Shown: piece after piece, positions 1 through 7,420 of the stretch
Layout: each line of letters opens with the position of its first letter
Position numbering within the stretch: the stretch's first letter is position 1
Source: Candidatus Eiseniibacteriota bacterium
Lineage (GTDB): Bacteria; Joyebacterota; Joyebacteria; Joyebacterales; Joyebacteraceae
DNA: 34,441 nucleotides
Assembly: GCA_043819135.1 (NCBI GenBank)
Contig: JBDRFG010000012.1
Span: 1-34,441 of the forward strand
Direction: 5' to 3'
Position numbers and translations under genes: made by a program
Notes under the pieces: model-generated
What the model saw: the letters and a program-made list of their open reading frames with translations, nothing else
Database searches by the model: none
What the model was told of the DNA's origin: nothing

Positions 1-82
1 CTCGCTTGAGTTGCTTCTTGCGCTCCTTCTCGAGAGCAGAGAAATCCAAGGACTTGCCTAGATACTCCGAAAATACGCCCAT
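1..82 (-). CDS. 5' end of a gene running off the left edge; possibly an SDH/S49-family ClpP-fold serine protease
   Basis: Not in the ORF track. The minus strand reads AAGGAGGT-TTCT-ATG (RBS at 87-94, ATG at 82), then MGVFSEYLGKSLDFSALEKERKKQLKR, open to the edge. The N-terminus resembles my recollection of SDH-family Clp-fold proteases, but only 27 codons are visible. Confidence 0.55.
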   Translation of the reverse strand, partial: MGVFSEYLGKSLDFSALEKERKKQLKR

Positions 83-194
83 AGAAACCTCCTTCATAAG
101 GCGACGTACCGCGGGTCACGAGTTGCCACAGGGGCGCAGGCCTAGGCCAATCTCGCGCAGTAGGGCGCGCGTTGGGTCACAACATAACTGAGGA

Positions 195-221
195 CCACCC
201 AGCCCGCAAGGCGGCGGGTGG
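195..221. other. Bulged GC-rich hairpin just before the tldD truncation point
   Basis: CCACCC-a-GCC-c-GC-aag-GC-GGC-GGGTGG: 11 paired positions with two single-base bulges; no U-tract. Confidence 0.4.
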
Positions 222-230
222 AAGTGACGG

Positions 231-486
231 CGCCGACGGCAGGCCGGATGAGGTCGTGCGCGGCGTCGACATCGTGGGCACGCCGCTCACGAGCTTCAGC
301 AAGATCATCATGGCGGCCGACGACGCAGACGTGTTCAACGGCACGTGCGGCGCCGAGTCGGGCTGGTGCCCGGTCTCCGCAGTCTCGCCGAGCCTCCTCG
401 TCACGGAGATCGAGGTCGAGAAACGCCGCAAGGGACAGGACAAGCCGCCCATTCTTCCCCCGCCGAGCGCAGGAGGTGACAGGTGA
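231..486 (+). pseudogene. 3' remnant of a TldD-family metallopeptidase gene (catalytic-type subunit)
   Basis: ADGRPDEVVRGVDIVGTPLTSFSKI...VFNGTCGAESGWCPVSAVSPSLLVTEIEV is a TldD/PmbA C-terminus, including the GxCG Cys that is a zinc ligand in TldD. Upstream of ~231 the frame is unrelated. The stop overlaps the next start (GTGA, 483-486) after a GGAGG RBS. Confidence 0.8.
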
Positions 487-2186
487 GAACGACCCTTCGC
501 ACCATAGCAGCCTGCGTCCTCCTCTGCGTGTTCGCGGGTGGCGTAGCGGCTCAGGACGACGTGCTCTTCCGCGCGATGCAGGACGAGATGGCCCGCTCGA
601 TGACGGACCTCCGCATCGAGGGAATGGACCCGCCCTACTTCCTCTCCTACGGGCTCCAGGACGTGGACGCCGTGCGGGTCGAGGCGCGCTACGGCGCGCT
701 CGTCCGCTCCGACGTGACGAAGGCGCGCTACCTTTACGTCGAGTGCCGCGTCGGCGACCCATCGTTCGACAACACCAACTTCGTGGCGGGCTGGTCTGAC
801 CTGAACCGGCAGAGGACCGGCGTCGTCGAGGAGGACGACTACGGCGCGCTCCGCCACTCCATCTGGCTGACGACGGACGAGGCATACAAGAACGCGCTCG
901 AGCAGCTGGCTGGCAAGGAGTCCTACATCCAGACGCACCCGCAGAAGGAGGCGATCCCGGACTTCTCCCCGGCCGAGCCGTTCGTGCACATGGAAGCGCC
1001 GGTGGCACTCGTGGTCGACGCCGGGGCCTGGGAGGACGAGGTCCGGGCAGCAGCCGAAGTGCTCGGCGAGTACCCGTCGCTTCAGGATTGGAAGGTGACG
1101 TTCTCCGCGGTCGGCTCGAACAAGCGGTACCTGAACTCGGAGGGGAGCAGCCACCTCAAGGGCGGGCTCTTCAGCGACATCGAGGTCGCGGCGACCGCAC
1201 AGGCCGAGGACGGCCAGAGGATCACGAACTTCCTGCGGTACTCGACGCGCGGCGGCGACGCGCTGCCGACCGGCGAGGAACTCGCGGCCGACGTGCGCGG
1301 GATGGCGGACGAGCTGGAAGCGCTGGTGGCGGCCGAGACGCTGGACGAGTATGCGGGGCCGGTGCTGTTCACCGACGACGCAGCCGCGCAGCTCGTGGCG
1401 CAGATGTTTGCGGCACAGCTGTCGCCGGTCAAGTCTCCCCTGCTGGCCGAGGAGTGGATGAAGGACTATCTGCCTGGCGCGAAGCTCGCGGGTAAGCTCA
1501 ACCGCCGCGTGATGCCCGAGTTCATGACGGTGCGGGACGAGCCCACGCGCAGGAGCTGGGAGGGCCGGATGCTCGCCGGCTACAAGCTCGTGGACGACGA
1601 GGGCGTGCCGACCGAGAACGTGACGCTCGTGGAGGAAGGCCGGCTGGTGGGCCTGCCGACGAGCCGCGGGCCGACGAAGAAGCTGACGGAATCCAACGGC
1701 CACGCCATCACGTTCCCGAACCAGTGGACAGTGCCTGCGGCGTCGAACCTGTTCGTGGAATCGAAGAATACGAAGAAAGATCTCGTGAAGGAGCTGCGGA
1801 ACCTGGCGAAGGACTTCGACAGCGAGTTCGGGCTCCTGGTAACGAGGCTCGATGTGCCGGAGATCTCACAGCAGTACCAGTGGACCGAGAACTTCGACGA
1901 GCCGGGCGGGGCGCTCCTGACCGGACCGGTCATTGCCTACAAGGTCTACGCGGATGATGGCAGGATTGAGCCGGTACGCGGCCTCGCGTTCGACGAACTG
2001 AGCATCCGGACGCTGCGCGACATCTACGCGCTTGGCAAGGAGCCCGCGCTCACGAACATGGGGCAGTCGGTCGGCCCGGGCATGTACTACCGCATGGCCG
2101 TCGTGACGCCGGACATTCTGGTGGAGGAGATGGAGTTCACGGCGAGTTCAGCGGGCGAGCCGATGATGGTTGGGGGGCGGCCGTAG
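483..2186 (+). CDS. Secreted TldD/PmbA-family protein, TldE/PmbA-like (non-catalytic) subunit, 567 aa
   Basis: Signal peptide ending GGVAA-QDD. Family motifs include AMQDEMARS, PPYFLSY, RVGD..FDN, YAGPVLF, VRDEPT, GYKLVDDEGVP, LVEEGRL and SNGHA. There is no HExxxH at the expected position (AAAQLVAQMF). Translationally coupled to the tldD remnant. Confidence 0.85.
   Translation: MRTTLRTIAACVLLCVFAGGVAAQDDVLFRAMQDEMARSMTDLRIEGMDPPYFLSYGLQDVDAVRVEARYGALVRSDVTKARYLYVECRVGDPSFDNTNFVAGWSDLNRQRTGVVEEDDYGALRHSIWLTTDEAYKNALEQLAGKESYIQTHPQKEAIPDFSPAEPFVHMEAPVALVVDAGAWEDEVRAAAEVLGEYPSLQDWKVTFSAVGSNKRYLNSEGSSHLKGGLFSDIEVAATAQAEDGQRITNFLRYSTRGGDALPTGEELAADVRGMADELEALVAAETLDEYAGPVLFTDDAAAQLVAQMFAAQLSPVKSPLLAEEWMKDYLPGAKLAGKLNRRVMPEFMTVRDEPTRRSWEGRMLAGYKLVDDEGVPTENVTLVEEGRLVGLPTSRGPTKKLTESNGHAITFPNQWTVPAASNLFVESKNTKKDLVKELRNLAKDFDSEFGLLVTRLDVPEISQQYQWTENFDEPGGALLTGPVIAYKVYADDGRIEPVRGLAFDELSIRTLRDIYALGKEPALTNMGQSVGPGMYYRMAVVTPDILVEEMEFTASSAGEPMMVGGRP
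1431..2186 (+). repeat. Copy A of a ~756-bp direct repeat (3' end of the tldE-like gene); other copies at 21299-21897 and 25678-26433
   Basis: Direct comparison: copies A and C differ at 10 of 251 residues plus many synonymous sites. All three copies begin at AAGTCTCCCCT. Confidence 0.95.
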
Positions 2187-2246
2187 AGTGGCAGATATCT
2201 GAGTGCGAGGAGAGCCGGGGGGAAGCTACACGTAGGGGATGGAGCA

Positions 2247-4073
2247 TTAGCCATCTTCCTTGAGTCTGCAGACAACGCGGAACCCGATGCTGGCCTTCGT
2301 AGTACCCCGCGGCTCCCAGGCCCTTGCTCCGGCACGACACCGGTTGGAGTCGCTCAAGATGGAGCCGCCCCGAAGCGGCTCCCGCCCGGCCTCGTAGGAG
2401 GACATCCATGCTGGGGCTCCTTCCTCCCGCCTACACCACTCAGCGACGTTTCCAAGCGTGTCGTAGAGTCCGATCACGTTCGGACGCTTGAGCCCGACAG
2501 GAAACGCGCCCGACCCCACCTTGTTGTCAAGGAACCACGCGTGTTGCTTCTGTATGTACACACGTGATTCCAGATTCTGCTTACATTTTCGTCTAGCGCT
2601 CGGGTCTGCCGATGGAATCGGTCCTTCCTTCGGATGCAGCCCCCCCCTGCAAGCGATTTCCCATTCGCCCTCCGTCGGAAGGGAGTAAACGAACACGGGG
2701 TCCTGCGCCGTCAATCGATTGCAGAAGTCGACAGCCTCGTCATATGAGATGCTGTGCGCCGGATGATCAGGACCCGTGTGGTGCTCCCATTGACGATCGA
2801 CGTACTTCTGATATGTCTGTTGCAGTACCTCTGTCGTGCTGATGAAGAATCCCTTCTTTCTCAAGAGGAAGGGGTCGGATTCAAGCCTATCGTCCCGTGC
2901 CTGTTCGTCGGGCGCCGTCCCGACCCAATAGGAACCGCTGGGAATGTACGCGAAGCTGAGACCTGCGACCTGCGGGAACGAGTCTGGAGGCTGTTCGTGA
3001 GGCAACACCGGCGGGGGCTCGCCCAGAACCAGACCAGCAAGCCTAGCTCTGCCCGACAACCGTTCTGTCGGCAGCGACTCCCAAGTTCCCCCGCCCCCGA
3101 ACATCGAGAGAAAATCACCCAGCTTGAACGAATAGCCAACCCTCACCGAGATGATCCTGTTCATAACCGAGTAACTCTCCTCATACCCGCCAGGATACAT
3201 CTCAGCCAGATCGAGATCCCCGGCCTTCTGGAAACCCGCCCGTATCTCAAGGCTCAGGGCTCCGAGCCCTCCCAATCCCACTCTGAGGCCGCTCCCAGCC
3301 TCGTAGTACCAGTACTCAGGGCTCCAGTCATCGCGTGAAAGCCACTCGTTGGTTCCTGCGAGGCCGTAGTTCCCCACACCGACACCAAACCACATCAGTC
3401 CCACAACGATACGGCCATCAACAACGAAGTACTCAACATCCCCCATCTCACCGTACCCGTCCGCGGAGCGTTTAGTAGACCTGTGATGGCCGTAGCTCAG
3501 CCCGACCTCCCAGGGATTCGTGCCCCGTGGAATCGACAGAAACACCCTGTACATCATGTTGTCCACAAGCTGGAAGTCCTCTGACAGGAATCCGGAATCG
3601 AAGACCCCAGACTCTATCTTCGTGTTCCATTCGAATCTGACATCGCTCAGGATCTCAAAACCTAACTGTGTCCCACGGCGTCGACCGCCTTCCTTCCATC
3701 TCCATCGACTTGCCGTCGCGTCTAGGCGTACGTCGAGATTCCCGCTCAGATAGCGATCGGCGTCATTCAGTATCGACCACGAGATCTGCCGGTTGCGCCC
3801 TGCGGACAACCCCGGTCCGTAGTTCCCTCGTATCGAACGTGGGATGATCTCGTGCCGCGCCGAATCAGAGAAGACCGCTGTCATGGAAACGTCGTACACG
3901 TACTTGAGTCCGTCTGAGGGCTCAGCGAGATCGTAGTACACGATGATCTTCCCACCACTCTCGGACACTCTCACGTCGGATAGCCCCGTCCCCCCTGCGT
4001 TCCCGAAGGTCAGCAGCAGAATCACAACGGCCGGCAACAGCGCGCGAGCCAACCCGGAGATGTTGGTCAGCAT
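2247..4073 (-). CDS. Secreted FGE-sulfatase (SUMF1/TagR-like) domain protein with an N-terminal beta-sandwich-like domain and a central OM beta-barrel-like region, 608 aa
   Basis: Start moved to the ATG at 4073, which overlaps the upstream TGA and aligns with the paralog start at 23863. Signal peptide present. FGE motifs: IPSGSYWVG, FFISTTEV, SLPTEGEWEIACRGG, PNVIGLYDTLGNVAEWC, RGGS, IGFRVV. Lacks the catalytic Cys pair of true FGE. Confidence 0.85.
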   Translation of the reverse strand: MLTNISGLARALLPAVVILLLTFGNAGGTGLSDVRVSESGGKIIVYYDLAEPSDGLKYVYDVSMTAVFSDSARHEIIPRSIRGNYGPGLSAGRNRQISWSILNDADRYLSGNLDVRLDATASRWRWKEGGRRRGTQLGFEILSDVRFEWNTKIESGVFDSGFLSEDFQLVDNMMYRVFLSIPRGTNPWEVGLSYGHHRSTKRSADGYGEMGDVEYFVVDGRIVVGLMWFGVGVGNYGLAGTNEWLSRDDWSPEYWYYEAGSGLRVGLGGLGALSLEIRAGFQKAGDLDLAEMYPGGYEESYSVMNRIISVRVGYSFKLGDFLSMFGGGGTWESLPTERLSGRARLAGLVLGEPPPVLPHEQPPDSFPQVAGLSFAYIPSGSYWVGTAPDEQARDDRLESDPFLLRKKGFFISTTEVLQQTYQKYVDRQWEHHTGPDHPAHSISYDEAVDFCNRLTAQDPVFVYSLPTEGEWEIACRGGLHPKEGPIPSADPSARRKCKQNLESRVYIQKQHAWFLDNKVGSGAFPVGLKRPNVIGLYDTLGNVAEWCRREEGAPAWMSSYEAGREPLRGGSILSDSNRCRAGARAWEPRGTTKASIGFRVVCRLKEDG

Positions 4074-5479
4074 AGGCAGAACCACTCTTTGCAGACAGAC
4101 AGTGAGATCAGCCGCCCTGTTTTGGGCCGGCAGATCACGCGAAAACCGATGCTGGTCTTCTTGCTGTCCCGGGGCTCCATCGCCCGCGAGCCAGCTCGAC
4201 ACCGAGCGTACGTGCTAGTGAACGACCCGCCCCGAATCGGTTTCTCCCCCAGATGATCTTCGTACCATTTCGGATGGCCCGGATCACAACGGCACCACTC
4301 GGACAGATTGCCGTGCATGTCGTAGAGGCCAAGATCGTTCTTCTCCAACTCCGCGACCGGGCTCGGACCCGGGTCCATCCGCTTGTGCCCCATGAACCAC
4401 GCGAACTTCTGCATGGCGAGTCGCGCCGAATCAAGGCTCTTATCGAACCTGTTCTTGAACGGTCCCTCAATCCCGACCGGCCCGTTGGACGGAGGGAGGC
4501 AGGCGCGACAGGCGATCTCCCACTCAGACTCGGTCGGCAGAGAGAACTTGAAGAAGGGATCGCGCGCCGTGATTGAGTCGCAGTACGCCGTGGCCTCTGA
4601 GAAAGTGATGCTGTGCGCCGGGTAGTTGTCCCCGCTGTGCTTCTCCCACTCGAATGGTATTACGGCCCGGAAAGCGTGCTGAGTCACTTCTGTCCGACTA
4701 ATATAGAACGCTTCCACACCGACCTTCTCAACCTCGTGCTCGGTCATCGCGTCACGGCCATGCTCACCGGCGGGGGTCCCGATCTCATAGCTGCCGCCGG
4801 GAATCCTGACGAAGTCGAGGCCGAAGAGAAGCGGCATCTCCTTCGGGATCTCGTCCTCAGCTCTTGCTATCGCGTCCGGTCCGATTCCGAGCCTCCGGCA
4901 CTCGTCAATCACAGCAAAGGCGGCAGGAATGTCACCGTTGCGAACGTGGTCTCTCACCTGGGCGACGAGTTCATCCCCCCTGCCGCGCAGGGCCCGGTCG
5001 ACACTCTTCAGAACGCCGCTCAGTTGCCTTTCCTGCGACTCAGAGAAGGAACCCTGATTGATGTAGAACGCGACGAGACTGCGAACCTGCTTGTACTTGC
5101 CCTGCGCCACGAGGTCGTTCAGGACCTCCAGAGCATCCTGGAGGTGCAGTTCATCGGCCGTCCGCTTGACCTTCTCAGCCATGCTGCGACACGCCAGGTC
5201 AGCCTCATCGATCTCGGAGACCGTCGCGGCACCTGAAGCCTCCAGGCTATCGACGGCCGCCTGGAAGGCCGCGAGATGGGTCCTGGCCGACTCCACGTTC
5301 TCCAAGGCCAGCGCGTTCCGGACCTCCGTACGAGCGCGACCCCAACGCCCGTAGAGGGGATTCGTCGGAGTCAGAGGCTCCGGTTCACGAGGCAGAAAGA
5401 CGAAGACTGCCACGGCAAGAAGAGAGAGCACCGCAAGGGCAACGATGAAGACCACCTGCGGTTTCGCTAGTCCTCGCAC
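4067..5479 (-). CDS. Membrane-anchored FGE-sulfatase (TagR-like) domain protein, 470 aa
   Basis: N-terminal TM helix (VVFIVALAVLSLLAVAVFVFL), a helical spacer, then FVRIPGGSYEIG, FYISRTEVT, LPTESEWEIACRA, NDLGLYDMHGNLSEWC, RGGSF and IGFRV. Confidence 0.85.
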   Translation of the reverse strand: MRGLAKPQVVFIVALAVLSLLAVAVFVFLPREPEPLTPTNPLYGRWGRARTEVRNALALENVESARTHLAAFQAAVDSLEASGAATVSEIDEADLACRSMAEKVKRTADELHLQDALEVLNDLVAQGKYKQVRSLVAFYINQGSFSESQERQLSGVLKSVDRALRGRGDELVAQVRDHVRNGDIPAAFAVIDECRRLGIGPDAIARAEDEIPKEMPLLFGLDFVRIPGGSYEIGTPAGEHGRDAMTEHEVEKVGVEAFYISRTEVTQHAFRAVIPFEWEKHSGDNYPAHSITFSEATAYCDSITARDPFFKFSLPTESEWEIACRACLPPSNGPVGIEGPFKNRFDKSLDSARLAMQKFAWFMGHKRMDPGPSPVAELEKNDLGLYDMHGNLSEWCRCDPGHPKWYEDHLGEKPIRGGSFTSTYARCRAGSRAMEPRDSKKTSIGFRVICRPKTGRLISLSVCKEWFCLC

Positions 5480-5481
5480 GG

Positions 5482-7413
5482 TCAGTCAGTCACTTTCACC
5501 AGCGCCAACCGGAAGCCGGTCAGATCGTCCCGGTCGGACCACTCCCGGGATCGGCGAACCCCCACCTGAAGCAGGGGCGCAGGCTCTCCGTTGGCGCCAC
5601 CTCTCACGGCGACAGGTGCAGATTCCTTGTGTGACGATGGCAACGGAGTGATGAGACCCTCGGTCAGGAACGGGTCTCGGGGATCCCATCCCTCGAACAG
5701 CAACGCTTTTCTCTTGGCATCGAGCGTGGTGAGCATGTCCCGGTCGAAGTGCGTGCAGGTCAGCTCGCTCACGTTGCCGGTCATATCGCAGACCCCGCGA
5801 TCGCTCTTGTCATACCTGTTCGAGCAGACAGCCCGCAGCCCCGGAGTTCGGATGCTCTCCAGCGCTTCCTCGGCGGTGCTGTTCGGGAATGAGTACTTGC
5901 GATCATCCGCACGGGCCGCCATCTCCCACTCGATCTCATGAGGGAGCCTGATTCGCCACTCGGTTCCGGTTCCCAGCTCAGCCTGGAGCCACTCGATGAA
6001 AGGGACCACATCCAGGTAACTGAGTCCTGTGACCGGCAGGCTTGCGATGTCTTCAGGAAGCTCCGTCTCTTCCCATCTCTTGAACCTCTTGTAGTGCGAC
6101 TGGAGAACCGAAGGAACATGAGCTTCGGAGCCCTCGTCGCTCGAGAGATACTGCCAGTACTGGTCGCACGAGACCTCGGAGCGCTGAATCAGGAATGGGT
6201 GGAGAAGGGGCACAGAGACCAGAGCCTTCCGTAGGGAAGCACTGACCTCGGAGAATCCCCTCTTGAGAAGGTACGGATCATCGCGCTGCTCCTCGGTCAG
6301 ACCGACCACGTAGGCTGTGCTCCCGGTCCTCTCGGGTATGAACACGAAGTCGTAGGTGGAGTTGCCAATGTGAATCTCGCCCGACCGCCGATCCAGGACT
6401 ATGCCATCCAGCCTCTCGCCTGGATCTTCCACTGCTTCACTGCGTGCATTCCTCTCTGTGCTGTCCGAGGGATTCCAGGTCCAGACGTCATAGTTGATCC
6501 GGCTAACCCAGCCGCCTTTCCTCTCGTAGAGAGTCCTGCCGGCCCACACCACCTTGATCGCGAGGACGGACTCCGTGGATTCGATCCCCTCCGTCATCTC
6601 GCCCGTGAGCTCGATCATGTTTCCAGCTGGCGGCTTGCGATTGAGCTCGACCTCGTTATCCGGGGTGCTGCTCCAGCAACCCACGACAACATCCTCATCG
6701 AGGTGATGTCCATAGAGGGAAACCCTGAGTTCCTTCGACTCCTGGTCCAGGGTCGCCGTCACGTCTTGGACGCCGGGGGAAGGGATGACCGTGACGTCGT
6801 CGCTCCAGATAGCCTGACCGAAGGCCATGATGGTGAGTTCGCTCTCGTCTCCGGAGAGACCCCACGGCACGGAGACCTTCAGCGTCGCGTCGGTCGGAGT
6901 TGACTCAAGGGAGACCCTCTCCAGAGTCACCGAAAGCTCCGACAGAGGAACGCCAACTTGCGTGATATCAAAAGAGCGACCGGCCTGGAGTGTCCGGGAC
7001 CCTCCCGTGAACTCGATCCGAGGTTTCTCCACCACGAAGATCCCCTCGTGCCATATGTAGCTGCGGTCACCTACTCTGACCTCGACCGGCTTCGGCCCGG
7101 TTTCGGCAACAGTGTACAGCACGAACTCGACCTCGACCTGATCTCCCTCACGGCTCGTGACTTCCGCGTCCTTCCCGTTCACCCAGACACGCAGGTCCTG
7201 ATCCTCCGGCAGCCCCTCCACCGTCAGAGTTGCGGTCTCATTCCGTTCTCTGCTCTCCCTGAGGTAGCACCGAGGTTGAACGTCGAGAATCTTGACCTGG
7301 CTGTCGGCGGCGAGCAGCTCGACCGAGGGCACACTCGCCAGAGCCAATGCCAGGGCGGCGACGGGCAGGAACAGCGGCCGGAGACGCACACGAATCGGAC
7401 ACAGCGGATACAT
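5482..7413 (-). CDS. Secreted protein with Ig/IPT-like beta domains and a divergent C-terminal FGE-sulfatase domain, 643 aa
   Basis: RBS-like AAGGTGAGG and a signal peptide. The N-terminal half is beta-rich. FGE motifs: FLIQRSEVS, LPVTGLS, RLPHEIEWEMAAR, GVCDMTGNVSE, RGG, GFRL. The Ig assignment is less certain than the FGE assignment. Confidence 0.8.
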   Translation of the reverse strand: MYPLCPIRVRLRPLFLPVAALALALASVPSVELLAADSQVKILDVQPRCYLRESRERNETATLTVEGLPEDQDLRVWVNGKDAEVTSREGDQVEVEFVLYTVAETGPKPVEVRVGDRSYIWHEGIFVVEKPRIEFTGGSRTLQAGRSFDITQVGVPLSELSVTLERVSLESTPTDATLKVSVPWGLSGDESELTIMAFGQAIWSDDVTVIPSPGVQDVTATLDQESKELRVSLYGHHLDEDVVVGCWSSTPDNEVELNRKPPAGNMIELTGEMTEGIESTESVLAIKVVWAGRTLYERKGGWVSRINYDVWTWNPSDSTERNARSEAVEDPGERLDGIVLDRRSGEIHIGNSTYDFVFIPERTGSTAYVVGLTEEQRDDPYLLKRGFSEVSASLRKALVSVPLLHPFLIQRSEVSCDQYWQYLSSDEGSEAHVPSVLQSHYKRFKRWEETELPEDIASLPVTGLSYLDVVPFIEWLQAELGTGTEWRIRLPHEIEWEMAARADDRKYSFPNSTAEEALESIRTPGLRAVCSNRYDKSDRGVCDMTGNVSELTCTHFDRDMLTTLDAKRKALLFEGWDPRDPFLTEGLITPLPSSHKESAPVAVRGGANGEPAPLLQVGVRRSREWSDRDDLTGFRLALVKVTD

Positions 7414-7420
7414 ATCAGCC

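Noticed and set aside
168..230. Integron attC site
   Set aside because: An ACATAAC and a bulged hairpin are present, but there is no matching GTTRRRY at the far end and no similar sites between the other genes.
142..1703. Long minus-strand ORFs (288 and 508 aa)
   Set aside because: Antisense shadows of the tldD/tldE coding sequence.
2247..7413. True formylglycine-generating enzymes or a sulfatase-maturation locus
   Set aside because: The catalytic Cys pair is absent and there is no sulfatase gene in the window.
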